Positions 1 to 11,891 of a stretch of 64,000 nucleotides of DNA are shown here, one piece after another. This DNA is from Dictyostelium discoideum. Its lineage: Eukaryota. The notes under the pieces are model-generated. The model saw only the letters and a program-made list of their open reading frames with translations. It was not told the DNA's origin and ran no database searches. The number at the start of each line of letters is the position of its first letter. The stretch's first letter is position 1. The stretch spans positions 928,001 through 992,000 of the forward strand of contig CM000154.2 in assembly GCA_000004695.1 (NCBI GenBank). The letters are read 5' to 3'. A program made the position numbers and the translations under genes.

Positions 1-200
1 ATCCGTTATCACCAAATTTTAATATTAATAATATTAAAAATCAATTGTAATATATATATTATTAATTTAAATTCTAATTATTTATTTTTAAATTCTAATT
101 ATTTATTTTTTCAAAAAAAAAAAAAAAAAGAAATAAATCAAAATATAATATTAAAATTGATAAAATTAATGAAAATAATAAAGAGATTAAATATGAAATA

Positions 201-1361
201 CCAACACAATTTTATAAGAGTAAATTAAAAGTTAATAAAAGAATAACAGTTGAGGAATGGGAACAGGATGTTAGACATATTGAATTGGATATTAGTGAAT
301 GTAAAGAACTTCAAGTACCAATTAAATATCAAAGTGGTGATGTTGCATATGTTTTACCAAAGAATCCAATAAAGAGAGTGAATGAATTTATAGAGTTATT
401 AGGATTACATTCCAATTGGATCATTGAATCAATTGAACCAATCGATAAAGAAATAACACAATCACCAACATTACTAAAATTACCAATTACAATTTACGAT
501 TTGGTTAGATGCTATTTCGATATTATGGGCTCACCAAGAAGATATTTCTTTGAATTGTTATCACATTTCGTTACGAATCCAATTGAAAAAGAGAGATTAG
601 AATTTTTTTCATCTACAGAGGGTCAAGATGATCTAAGAACCTATAATCAAAAAGAGAAAAGAAATTATATTGATGTTTTAAAGGAATTTCCATCAATTGA
701 AATCCCATTTGAATATTTATTCGATTTAATACCACCAATTAAACCAAGACCATTTTCAATCTCTTCCTCTTCTTTATTAAATCCAAATACTATTCATTTA
801 ACCGTTGGTATTAATACTTATACAACTCCATTTAGAAGATTATTTAGAACTGGTTTATGTTCTCAATATTTTTCTTCTTTTTTAAATGATAATGATAATA
901 ATATTGTACCAATATTTATAAAAGAAAGTGGTGCAAGATTACCAAAATCAAATGAAATACCAATTATAATGGTTGGACCAGGTACAGGTTGTGCAATATT
1001 TAGATCATTCATGCAAGAGAGATTATATTTTAAAAATAATAGTGATAATAATAATAAATTAGGTGATGCATTATTTTATTTTGGTTGTAGATCAGAATCA
1101 AAAGATTATTATTATAGAGATGAATTTGAAAGTAATTTAGAAAAAGGAATTATTAGTAAACTATCAGTTGCATTCTCTCGTGATGGAAAAGATGGTAAAA
1201 AAGTTTATGTTCAACAATATATTGAAAATGATTCAGATTTAATTTGGGATATAATTAATAATAGAAATGGTTACTTTTATATTTCAGGTTCGAGTGGTAG
1301 AATGCCAAAAGATGTTAAACAATCATTATTAACAATAATTAAATCAAATTTATTAAAAAAC

Positions 1362-1435
<74 letters not shown>

Positions 1436-1520
1436 TGATGAAAATAATATTGATGAAATTGTTAATAATTATTTCGAAAAATTAGAAGTTGAAAAAAGGT
1501 TTATTACTGAAACTTGGTAA
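201..1520 (+). CDS. NADPH-dependent diflavin oxidoreductase (NDOR1/Tah18- or MTRR-like), C-terminal FAD/NADPH-binding portion. The 5' part of the gene lies upstream of the window or in an unresolved upstream exon.
   Basis: ORF 285..1520 and its in-frame upstream extension match the connecting and FAD/NADP domains of cytochrome P450 reductase-like proteins: NKRITVEEWEQDVRHIELDIS (cf. NQRVT...QDVRLIEFDI), RPFSISSS (RxYSIxSS FAD motif), MVGPGTGCAIFRSF (GPGTG NADPH motif), FGCRSESKDYYYRDEF, C-terminal Trp before the stop. A poly-Asn insert is encoded by (AAT)n at 1366-1432. The exact 5' exon boundary is not determinable. Confidence 0.7.
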
Positions 1521-1612
1521 AAAAAAAAAACTAAAAATAAAAAACTAAAAAAATATAATTTATTTAATAATTGTTTAATTATATATAATTAGAAATTATT
1601 TTATTTAGATTT

Positions 1613-3763
1613 TTAAATTTGAATTTTACTACCAATTTCCATCATTGAACTATGATGAATACCATAATAATGAGCTTCTGATCTACTGTTTTGAAGAAGA
1701 ATATCATAGATAAAAATCGATAAACGTTTTAAGATGAATTGTTTTTTTGAAGATTTAACACGTAATCTAGATAAGAAATAAGTGATATGTGGAACACCTT
1801 CAACTTCAAGTTCAACATCATTTCCTTCGGTATCATTTTGTTCAGAGTAATGATATCCAACAATTTCTTTTTTAGTTGTTGGAATTACCAATTTTTCTTG
1901 ATCTTGAGTGGTGGTGGCTTTAATTTTATTAATTGATTTTGGATTTAATTGAATGAGTCTTTCAATGAATAATTTTTTAATTACCCAAGGTACATTAATG
2001 ATTTCAGCATAACCATAGTTAATACTAATTTGGAATACACCTCTTTCTGGTATTAATTCTTTGGCAACGACACGATGTTCATCTTTAATGAAAGGTACTG
2101 GTAAATGATAAATGTTTACAAAGAATAATGGATATGGCATATGAGTAAGGAATGGTTGTAATTTAACTAATGACAATGGTGTTTTCTCTTCATAATGTGA
2201 CATGAAAACGGCGGCATCACCTCTGTTTAAAAGATCCACTTGTTGAAGAGTTGTTGAAAGTGGTGGTGAACTATCATGAATTACTTTAATCATTTTACTT
2301 CTACCATATCTCCAAATTAACATTATTGATGACATTACGATACCAATGACTATTGGATACCAACCGCCAGTTGGAATTTTTTCAATACTTGATGTAAAGA
2401 ATAAACCATCCATAATTATAAAACATAAACCCAATGGAACGATTACCCAATAACTATAACGGAAATGTAATCTAAGTACGAAAATATACATTATTGTAGT
2501 TGCAATCATAACCATTGATACACCTAAACCATAAGCACCAATTAGAGATGATGAATGTTTGAATCCAATAACTGTTATCAATGTAAGAAATGCCAATACC
2601 CAATTAACTTGTGCAATATAAATTTGACCAGAGATTTTTTTAGAAGTATGTTTAACATGTAATGGAGGGAAGAATTTCAATGAGATAACTTGATTGATGA
2701 TAGAGAACGAACCAGATATTAAACCTTGAGATGCAATAACACAAGCAACCGTTGCTAAAATGATCATTGGCCAAAAGAATGAAGTTGGTATCATTTCAAA
2801 GAAAGGATTTGAAGTGTTTGGATTTCCAAGGAATTGAGATGCTTGACCCAAATAGTTTAACATTAAACTTGGCATTACGATTAGAACCCATGATAATCTA
2901 ATTGGCATTTTACCAGTGTGTCCTAAATCAGCATATAATGCTTCACAACCAGTTACACAAAGTATTACTGTACCCAATAAAAGAAATCCTCTTGATCCAT
3001 TCAATAGAAAATGTTGAATACCTTCCCATGGATTGAATGCTCTAAAAACTATTGGATGATCAATTACCTTGAGTAAACCGAAAATACCAATTGAAAAGAA
3101 CCAAAGAATCATAATTGGACCACAGACAATACCAATAGCTTCAGTACCAAATGATTGAACTACAAATAGGAAAAATAAAATTACAACTGTAATTGGTACA
3201 ATCCATTTTTTAATTTCACCTCCTGGTACACCAACTTCTAGACCCTCAACGGCACTAAGCAATGATACGGCAGGTGTGATAACGCCATCACCCAAAATGA
3301 AAGAAGAACCACATAGAGCCAATATTGTTAGAGCTGATTTCAATTTTTGATTGGTTTGTTTTGGAATTAATGAAACCAATGCAATGATACCACCCTCGCC
3401 ATTGTTATCAGCATTTAGAATGAAAACAACATATTTCACTGTTACCACCATAATCAATGCCCATAGAATTAATGAAAGACTACCAATCACCTCTTTCTCT
3501 CCTGGTGGTCCTTTAAACATTGATGCATAAACATACAATGGAGATGTACCTATGTCACCAAAAATACAACCAATAGCTGTAATTGATAAATAGAAAGTAT
3601 TCCAAATACCACTACGATTTTTTTCACCCATACTTGGATATAAACTTGTAATTCTTTGAATTGATTGAACCACTTGTTCCTCTCTAATTTCAACAAGATT
3701 TTCGGTACCTTGACTTCTACCACTATCACTTTCACTTTTATTAGAATAATTTTGATTATCCAT
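1613..3763 (-). CDS. KUP/HAK/KT-family potassium transporter (716 aa)
   Basis: Full-length ORF with about 12 hydrophobic segments and the family signature GDIGTSPLYV near the N-terminus. Overall collinearity with bacterial Kup and plant/fungal HAK transporters. Confidence 0.85.
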   Translation of the reverse strand: MDNQNYSNKSESDSGRSQGTENLVEIREEQVVQSIQRITSLYPSMGEKNRSGIWNTFYLSITAIGCIFGDIGTSPLYVYASMFKGPPGEKEVIGSLSLILWALIMVVTVKYVVFILNADNNGEGGIIALVSLIPKQTNQKLKSALTILALCGSSFILGDGVITPAVSLLSAVEGLEVGVPGGEIKKWIVPITVVILFFLFVVQSFGTEAIGIVCGPIMILWFFSIGIFGLLKVIDHPIVFRAFNPWEGIQHFLLNGSRGFLLLGTVILCVTGCEALYADLGHTGKMPIRLSWVLIVMPSLMLNYLGQASQFLGNPNTSNPFFEMIPTSFFWPMIILATVACVIASQGLISGSFSIINQVISLKFFPPLHVKHTSKKISGQIYIAQVNWVLAFLTLITVIGFKHSSSLIGAYGLGVSMVMIATTIMYIFVLRLHFRYSYWVIVPLGLCFIIMDGLFFTSSIEKIPTGGWYPIVIGIVMSSIMLIWRYGRSKMIKVIHDSSPPLSTTLQQVDLLNRGDAAVFMSHYEEKTPLSLVKLQPFLTHMPYPLFFVNIYHLPVPFIKDEHRVVAKELIPERGVFQISINYGYAEIINVPWVIKKLFIERLIQLNPKSINKIKATTTQDQEKLVIPTTKKEIVGYHYSEQNDTEGNDVELEVEGVPHITYFLSRLRVKSSKKQFILKRLSIFIYDILLQNSRSEAHYYGIHHSSMMEIGSKIQI

Positions 3764-4769
3764 TATTATTCTTTCTTTCTTTCTATTTTTTAAAATTAAT
3801 TATTATTAAATTTAAAAATTATCAACGAACCTATTATTTTTAAAAAAAAAAAAAAATAATAATATTAAATAATAATAATAATAATAATAATAAAAAGGGA
3901 TAGGAAAATAAAAAATAAAAAAAATTAAAAAAAAAAAAGAATTAGTATAGTTTTATTATTATTGATATTATATATGTATTTATAATTTAAAAACTTACAT
4001 CACTACCACCTTCTTTTTATTTATGAGGGAGTGAAATAAAATTATTATTTTTTTAAATTAAAAACTTGAAAAGATTTTTTATTTATAAAAAAAAAAAAAA
4101 AAAATAAAATAATTATTTAATATTATTTTATTTTTGTATATATTTTTTTTTTTATAATTTTAAATTTTAATTCAAATAAAAAAAAAAAAAAAAATTTTAT
4201 TTAAGAAGGAAATAAATTAATATGGTATTACTTTTTGTTATGTTAAAAAAAAAAAAAAAAAAAAAAAAAGTAAAAAAAGTAAAAAAAATTTCTCGATTAC
4301 TTTCAAAAACTGTACTACACTTTTAAAAGACAATCAATACACCAAATTGTTAAACCTACCTTTATTATAAAATTTTTTTATAAAAAAAAAAAAAAAATGT
4401 GACCAGTATTATCTGACTATTTATTTTGTGTGGTCTAAAAGAACTAATCCTATTTCACACTTTTTATTGATTTTTTTTCTTTTTTTTTTTGTTTTTGGAA
4501 TTGTTTTTTTGATTTATTTTTTTATTTTATTTATTTTTTTTTCCCATTTTTTCAATATAAAAAAAAAAATCACTTTTTTATTATTATTATTTTCATTTTA
4601 ATTATCATTTTTTCAAAAAAAAAAAAAAAACTAATGCAAACAAACACAGGGTTGTGTAAATGATATTATTTACAAATTTTTATTTTAAAGGCCACCTTAA
4701 CAATCTAAAAATATATCCATATATGAAGTTAAAATAGATGAAAAAAGTGCAAACATGAAAAATCAAAGG

Positions 4770-4800
<31 letters not shown>

Positions 4801-5626
4801 CTGATAACTTTTTTTCTGGTAAAAGCGATTTTTTATTTTTTTATTTTTTTTTTATTTTTTTTTTTTTATTTTTTTTTTATTTCAATTTTAAAATAAAAAA
4901 AAAAATGGCGAGAAAAGAGATATTACAATCTTTCCAAAAAAAAAAAAAATTTAAGATTATATAGGAATACAAATTCTATTAATAATAGAAACAATCTCGG
5001 TTTTTTTTTTTTCTTTTTTATAATGTGAATACATTAACTCGGTGCAAACAAAAAATTATTAAATTTTTCTCACAATTTTTTCTCACCATTATTCATCATA
5101 CAATCAATTTTTGGTGCATGGACCGGAAACCTTCCATTTTTGTAAAAAAAAAAAAAAAAATTAAAAAAAAAAAATTAAAAAAAAAAATAAAAATAGAAAA
5201 AAAATAAAAAAAATAATAAAACTGGGTTAAAAAAAAAGGTTAAAAAAAATAAAAAATAATAAAAAAAAAAAAAACCATTTAATTAATTCGCCAAAAAAAA
5301 AAAAAAAAAAAAAAACACTTCCTAACCACACCACAATTTTTTCATTTCAATAATTTTCATTCAACAGTGTGTTTATTTTTAATATTGTTTTTTTTTTATT
5401 TATATAACTTTTTATATATTTATCAAATCACTTTTAATTTTCTTTAAATTCTCTATTTTTTTTTTTTTCCACTTTTTTTTTTTTTTTTAACTTTAAAAAT
5501 TAATTTTTCCAAATCTTTTTTTATTTCTATATATTTAAATAATATAGAATATAATGATTTGTAAAAAAATATATATAATTTTTTAAAATTAAACTCTCTA
5601 TTATTTATATATTTATATTTTATATT

Positions 5627-6580
5627 TTGTTTACATTTCTTTCTTTATTTTTTAAAATTTTAAAAAAAATGGAAAATAAAATTGTTTGCTCAAACTATCC
5701 AGAATTAAAATGTTTAGCCTTAGAGTCAGTCCAAAAACATTTAGTACACCAAAATTGTAAACAAGCAGCCAATAACTCAATCTCTCACCAGTATCCACAT
5801 AATCATTTAAATTCTCATTCTTTCTCTCATTGTCATACTTATGGAAAAAATGAAAATGATCTCCAATCTGCCAATAATGACTGTTCCTCATCATCATCAT
5901 CATCATCGTCATTATTATCGAGACAATCGGTTATTTCCTCCTCCTCTCAACAACAACAACAACAACAACCACCGCCACCACAATTGGACTATGATATTTC
6001 TAAATTGTTCTTATCATTTGATGACTTTAACTGTGTATTAAACTATTGGCAATATCGTTTCAATCATATTGATTTGGTTGTTGGTATTGAACCAAGTGGG
6101 TTGGTTTTGGGTAGTGTTTTCTCTCAACGTCTTAGATTACCCTTTTTAATGCTTAAGAAAAGGTCATCAACAAATTCATCTCTCTCCTCTTCTGATGGTG
6201 CCACTACAAATACAACTTTATTGAGAGAAGAAATTGGAAGTGATGATGAAGAATTAGAAGTTGAACAAGAAATTCTCTCCACTTTATTCCCATCAATCAA
6301 AGATTCTACCAGTGGTTTTCCATTCAAAAATAATGAACTCTTGGATTCAAATGGTGAGAAAAAGAAATTCCAAATTTTAATTATGGATGATCTCTTGGAA
6401 AATGGTACATGTTTAGCCGCTGCCATTGAGTTATTAAAGAAGCTTTTAAAACAAAGTAAAATTAAAGATTTTAAAATTTCTTCCACTTTCATAAGTAGTA
6501 TTAAATCATTAGGTGGTAAAGAAAAAATTTATGAAATGTATAATGATATCTCTGTTGATGTTATTAATATTATTGAATAA
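5627..6580 (+). CDS. Type I phosphoribosyltransferase (PRTase)-domain protein with a Ser/Gln-rich N-terminal extension. The probable true start is the ATG at 5669 (MENKIVC...).
   Basis: DLVVGIEPSGLVLGSVFSQRLRLPFLMLKKR resembles the APRT-like VxGxExRGF region. ILIMDDLLENGTC matches the PRPP-binding VVDDLLATGGT loop. The low-complexity S/Q tract is typical of Dictyostelium. Confidence 0.55.
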   Translation: MFTFLSLFFKILKKMENKIVCSNYPELKCLALESVQKHLVHQNCKQAANNSISHQYPHNHLNSHSFSHCHTYGKNENDLQSANNDCSSSSSSSSSLLSRQSVISSSSQQQQQQQPPPPQLDYDISKLFLSFDDFNCVLNYWQYRFNHIDLVVGIEPSGLVLGSVFSQRLRLPFLMLKKRSSTNSSLSSSDGATTNTTLLREEIGSDDEELEVEQEILSTLFPSIKDSTSGFPFKNNELLDSNGEKKKFQILIMDDLLENGTCLAAAIELLKKLLKQSKIKDFKISSTFISSIKSLGGKEKIYEMYNDISVDVINIIE

Positions 6581-6591
6581 ATAATTTGGTG

Positions 6592-6626
<35 letters not shown>

Positions 6627-6761
6627 TTCAAATAAATAAAAATAGATAAAGGAGTTCTAGGAACTCATTTTAAATTTTAAACAGGTAACAATAATTAAAA
6701 AAATTTGGAAAAAAAAAAAAAATTCTTGTTTTTTTCTTTTTTTTTTATCACGAACATTTTG

Positions 6762-6792
<31 letters not shown>

Positions 6793-6831
6793 GAGTAATG
6801 TAAATAAATAAATCTATTAATAGTTTTTAAA

Positions 6832-8181
6832 ATGACAATATGGTTAAATAATGATGAAATGAAAAATATGATGAACAATAGACAAAACATCAGAAATATT
6901 GGAATAATTGGACGGTAAATTTCCGTATATCATTCTCAACTCTACTTTAAATATAAAATAATCCTAATAACTAAAATAAAATTTAAAAAAAATAGAGTAG
7001 ATACTGGCATTAGAACACTTATTGATATACTATCAATATCAAATTTTATTAATATTAAAAGAGGTGATGTTGGAGTAGATAAAGATTTTAAAGAAGATCT
7101 TTTCAATAAAACAAATATTCCACTTTTTTTTGAACAAAATAATAATAATAATACTATTAATAATAATAAATTTTTAATTAATGTTATTTTACCAAGAAAT
7201 CAAATTGGAATTCAAAATCAAATTTCAACATTTCATTTAATTGATGGTTTATTAGTTGTAGTTGATTGTATTGAATCAAGTCTTCCACAAGAGAAAACTA
7301 TTTATCAATCAATTGGTGAAAGGGTTAAACCAATTTTATTTTTAAATAAATTTGATCGTTTCATTTTAGAACTTAAATTAGATAGTAGTGGAATTTATAA
7401 TTCATTACAAAGAAGTATTGAAAGATTCAATTCAATTGCAACTTGTCAAAAAGATGATTTATTAGGTGACGTTGAAGTTTCACCTGAAAATGGTACTGTT
7501 GGATTTGGTTCATCATTATATGGTTGGGCATTTAATTTATCAACATTCGCAAGATTATACTCTTTGAAATTTGGTATATCTGAACAATCTTTGGTTAAAA
7601 ATCTATGGGGTGAAAATTACTATGATCTATCATCAAAGAAATTCTCTAAACTTTCAATTAGTTCTGATGGTAAACCATTGAAACATTCTTTCATACAATT
7701 TATTTTAGAACCAATCATTCGATTAACAACAGCCATAATGGATAACAAAAAAGAAGAAATCAATAAAATGTTAACATCATTGGGAATCTCATTAAATAAT
7801 GAAGAGAAAAAATTAAAAAATTTACAACTTTACAAAGTGATGATGGTTAAATTCACCCACCCAATCTCAGAATTCCTACTTTCAAGTGTAGTAAAACTTT
7901 TACCATCACCAGTTGAAGCACAAAGATATAGAGTCGATAATTTATATGATGGTCCGTTGGATGATGAATGTGCAACAGCAATTAGAAATTGTGATCCAAA
8001 TGGACCATTAATGATTTACATTTCATCTATGATTGCAACTAAAAAACCCAACTTACCATATTTAGCATTTGGACGTATATTTTCAGGTTCTATTCAACCT
8101 GGTAAAAAAGTTAGAATTATTTGTAATACAGATTATTGTGGTAAAATTAATTTCAATCAAAATAATAATTATAATGATATA

Positions 8182-8226
<45 letters not shown>

Positions 8227-9482
8227 TCATATAGAGATAAAACTATTAAAGAATTATTTTTATTAGAGGGTGCAATGTTAGGACCAACAATTAATAATTG
8301 TGCATGTGGAAATATTATTAGTATTTTAGGTTTAGAAAAATATATTGTTAAAACTGGAACGATTACAGATTCTGATTTAGCACATAATATTTTTAGTTTT
8401 AAATATTCAAATACATCAGTTGTTAGTGTAGCCATTCAACCTATACAACCTCTCGATCTACCTAAATTAATTGAAGCCTTAAAAAGATTGGTTCAAATTG
8501 ATTCCACTGCATATTTTACTAATGAAGAAACTGGTGAATTGTTACTTTCTGGCTCTGATGAAAATCATTTAGAAAGTTTAGTTGGTGAATTAAGAAATTC
8601 AATTGAAAAAATTAAGGTTTCCCAGCCGATTGTATCTTTCAAAGAAACTGTTACAAATGAATCATCAATTAATGGTTTTCAAAATCATCAAATAAACTCA
8701 CTAGAATGTTTTCAAGTGCAAGACCAATCAGTGAACAACTATTGTATGATATTGAAAATGGTATGATTTCATCAACATGTGACCCATTAGAAAATGAAAA
8801 ACTTTTAAAGAAACATCATGGATGGAATATTTCAGAAGCAAAGAAAATTTGGACATTTGGGTCAACTTCACAATTGGTGGAATCAAATTTATTAGTTGAT
8901 TCCACCAAAGGTGTTCAATATATAAGTGATATTAAAGATCCAGTGGTTTGTGCATTTCTTTGGGCAACTAAACATGGAATACTTTGTGATGAGCCATTGA
9001 GAGGTGTTCGATTCGATATTAACGATGTATTATTATCAGGTGATTCTATTAGAAGAGGTAGTGGTCAAATTATTCCAATGACTCGTCGTTGTTTATATGC
9101 ATCTCAATTAAGTGCATCTCCAACACTTCAAGAACCAATCTTTATGATTGATATTAATGCCTCTGATAAAATGCATGAAAAAGTACTTTCAATTCTAAAT
9201 AAACGTGGTGCAAAACTATGGAGTGAATCAAAATCATTAAATGATACATTCAATATTAAAGCTCACATACCAGTTTTAAAATCATTTGGATTATCTCAAG
9301 AACTTAATTTTAGTACCCTTGGAAATCATCCAATCTCTACTCATTTCGTATTTGACCACTGGAAATCAATGGGTACAGTTTGTGAAGATAAATTTGTAAC
9401 TGAAACAGTTTTAGAAATTAGAAAAAGAAAAGGTTTAAATCCTGAAATTCCATCATTAGAAGATTATATGGATAAACTTTAA
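6832..9482 (+). CDS. Elongation factor 2 (EF2)-like paralog with degenerate GTPase motifs; possible pseudogene. Exon 1 is 6832..6914, the intron is 6915..6995, exon 2 runs 6996 to about 8670 in frame 1, and the reading continues in another frame from about 8673 to the stop at 9480-9482.
   Basis: Collinear with EF2 along its whole length. MTIWLNNDEMKNMMNNRQNIRNIGIIGR|VDTGIRTL aligns with [46 protein letters not shown]...HLIDGLLVVVDC aligns with FLINLIDSPGH...TDGALVVVDC. The protein also has LFLNKFDR (NKxD), YRVDNLYDGPLDDECATAIRNCDPNGPLMIYISSM and a C-terminus ...RGSGQIIPMTRRCLYASQL...VFDHW...IRKRKGLNPEIPSLEDYMDKL. The P-loop GKS is replaced by GIR and the switch-II DSPGH by LPRNQ. Reading changes from frame 1 (TVTNESSIN) to frame 3 (WFSKSSNKLTRMFSSARP, cf. 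EF2 LSKSPNKHNRLYMKARPF) within attaatggtttt at about 8668-8678, consistent with one missing base. Confidence 0.6.
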
Positions 9483-9491
9483 AGTGTAAAA

Positions 9492-9655
<164 letters not shown>

Positions 9656-9711
9656 CAATAAAAAAAAAAAAGATTTATTTATTTATTTTTTTTTTTTTTT
9701 TAAAGAATTAC

Positions 9712-10860
9712 TTATTGTTGTTGTAGTTGTTGTTGTAGTTGTTGTTCTTCTTCATTTTTAGTTCTCTTTTTATAATCATCATATTTACCAAGTAAAGTTA
9801 TGAAAATTTCCATTGCAATTAAAAAAATAATAATTCTTTCTAAACGAATTGAATGATTATGTTTTTGTTCATCATTGATAACTTCATAAATATTTGTAAT
9901 TAAATTAATTTTTTCATTCATTACTCTAATACGTTTATTGATTTCACAATGAGATCTAATTGAATTGTAGATACTTTCACCCTCTGGATTCTCCCAAAAA
10001 TATTCTGGTGTATCATTGATATCAGATAAATTCAATTCAGATTTAAGTCTTAATTGTTCACCTAATTGACGAAGAATTTCAAGTTTTGAAAATTTTGAGA
10101 TTTGACCAGTGATTGAAATATCTTCAGCGGTTTCTGATAAATGTTGAACTCTATCTTCGAATGGGAATAAACTAATCGATTGTGCAAATGCATATGATGA
10201 TGAGAATTTCTCAAGATCTTGATCTCTTTCCGATTTTGAAAGATATATAATCTCCTCTGGTTTTTTATTAATATCAAATGATTGATTGGATGCTGTTGAT
10301 ATTCTAAACTTGTATCTATCTACATGTCTAGTTGGCCATGATTTTAGCTCATATGCTTTTAACCAATCTAAAACTTGATCTAATGATTCCTCACCAACAC
10401 CCCACGATACTATACTGCCAAATGATGGGAATACAAATACTGAATTACCAGTATCTTGTTCAACTAACCATCTTGCATTACCAGTACTTGAATCAAAAAC
10501 TTTTTGAAGTGAAAATCCTTTTGGTAAATTTTCAATTGATTTACTATAACTTCTTGATGTATAAATAACTTTACAAATTTGAATTTCATTATTACCATTA
10601 ACAATACCACCACCACTATTATTATTATTATTATTATTAATCTCTTTTTTTTCTTTAATTTGTTGTTTATTATTATTACCACCATTATTACTTGAAGCAT
10701 AAAATCTATTAATTCTATTAAAATTTTCATTATTACTACCACTATTTAAAAATATTGGTGATATGAAATTATTTGAAAAATTCGGTTTTGATGTTAATAA
10801 TCCACTTTTTAATGTTGGATTATTTATAACATTTTTAAATTTTATTAATCTATTAATCAT
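9712..10860 (-). CDS. RMND1/Rmd1-Sif2 (DUF155)-like protein, probably mitochondrial (382 aa)
   Basis: N-terminus MINRLIKFKNVINNPTLKSG resembles a mitochondrial presequence. The core region NSVFVFPSFGSIVSWGVGEESLDQVLDWLKAYE resembles the DUF155 (V/F)FxYGxxVxWG block. There is a C-terminal hydrophobic helix IIFLIAMEIFITLLG. A poly-Asn insertion is present. Confidence 0.5.
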   Translation of the reverse strand: MINRLIKFKNVINNPTLKSGLLTSKPNFSNNFISPIFLNSGSNNENFNRINRFYASSNNGGNNNKQQIKEKKEINNNNNNNSGGGIVNGNNEIQICKVIYTSRSYSKSIENLPKGFSLQKVFDSSTGNARWLVEQDTGNSVFVFPSFGSIVSWGVGEESLDQVLDWLKAYELKSWPTRHVDRYKFRISTASNQSFDINKKPEEIIYLSKSERDQDLEKFSSSYAFAQSISLFPFEDRVQHLSETAEDISITGQISKFSKLEILRQLGEQLRLKSELNLSDINDTPEYFWENPEGESIYNSIRSHCEINKRIRVMNEKINLITNIYEVINDEQKHNHSIRLERIIIFLIAMEIFITLLGKYDDYKKRTKNEEEQQLQQQLQQQ

Positions 10861-11191
10861 TTTTAAAAAAAAATAAAATATAAATAAATAAATAAAAAAA
10901 AAAAAAGGAAAATATCTGAAGTAAAAAAATTGGAAATATAAATATTGTAAAAAAAAAAAAAAACTAAAAAATTAAAAAATAAAAAAAAAAATAAAAAATA
11001 AAAAAAAAAAATCCACAGTTTCGGGTAATAAACAAAGAATTAAAAAAGGTTTTTTTTTTTTTTTTTTTTTTATTTTTTTTTTTTTTTTTTTTTTTTTTCG
11101 TTTCTCTTTTCCTATTATATACAATTTATTTTTTTATTTTGTGTTTAAGATTTATTGAGATTTTTTTTTTTTTTTTTTATTATTATTATTT

Positions 11192-11800
11192 TTATTGTTG
11201 TTCTTTTATAAACATATAACCACTATCAGTTTGAGTAAGAATTTGTTTTTCTGAAACTAAATATTGTAAATAATCAACCAATTGTTGAGAGGTATTTTGT
11301 TCTTCACTCATGATATCTTTAAGATGAGATTGAATTACATCAAGAGATACAGCAATATCGTTGACACTGTATGCACGAATGACTTTATGAATGAAATATC
11401 TGAAATTGGATTGCATACGATGGTAGGCTTTAACGAAATCGGAAAGATGGGTTGTAATTTCATTATGATTTACGATTTCATGATATGAAACTAAATAACC
11501 TTGAATGGTTGTAAGTTGTTCTTGTTGTTGTGGTGCTTGTCTTTGAAGTGCTGGTTTGAGAACAAAGGAATAATATTGATTCTCTTTGAATGGTGAATTT
11601 CTTTGTAAAACACCACCATTTTCATCATAGTTGGATTGTCTACCATTTGCTCCTAAAGTTGTCTTTAATTGAATAATTTTTAATTGTCCAGTACCATCTC
11701 TAATATCTAAATCTAAACTATATGTTGGTTCATCTGTACTTCCTTCTGGCATTTTCATTGCTCTAATTTTTGATGATTTTACCCATCCAACTACCCATGC
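11192..11800 (-). CDS. Conserved hypothetical protein, exon 2 of 2 (276-aa product; function not recognised)
   Basis: ORF 11192..11758 extends in frame upstream (AWVVGWVKSSKIRAMKMPEG...) to a tttag acceptor at 11801-11806. Non-repetitive protein with balanced composition. Confidence 0.55.
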   Translation of the reverse strand, partial: AWVVGWVKSSKIRAMKMPEGSTDEPTYSLDLDIRDGTGQLKIIQLKTTLGANGRQSNYDENGGVLQRNSPFKENQYYSFVLKPALQRQAPQQQEQLTTIQGYLVSYHEIVNHNEITTHLSDFVKAYHRMQSNFRYFIHKVIRAYSVNDIAVSLDVIQSHLKDIMSEEQNTSQQLVDYLQYLVSEKQILTQTDSGYMFIKEQQ

Positions 11801-11891
11801 CTAAAATTATTATTATTTATTAATTTATTATTATAATTATAAAGTTAGAAATGAACATAAAAAAATAAAAAAAGTAATAATATATACATAC

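Noticed and set aside
73-113. 20-bp tandem duplication taaattctaattatttattttt x2
   Set aside because: Lies in the AT-rich (probably intronic) sequence upstream of the NDOR1-like exon. Short duplications of this kind are common slippage products.
3550-3735. 61-aa ORF nested in the K+ transporter gene
   Set aside because: Alternative frame of a long validated CDS.
4755-5207. Two short ORFs (69 and 60 aa) made of K/F runs
   Set aside because: Translation of A/T homopolymers in intergenic DNA.
8169-8435. 88-aa poly-Leu ORF
   Set aside because: Antisense of the poly-Asn tract inside the EF2-like gene.
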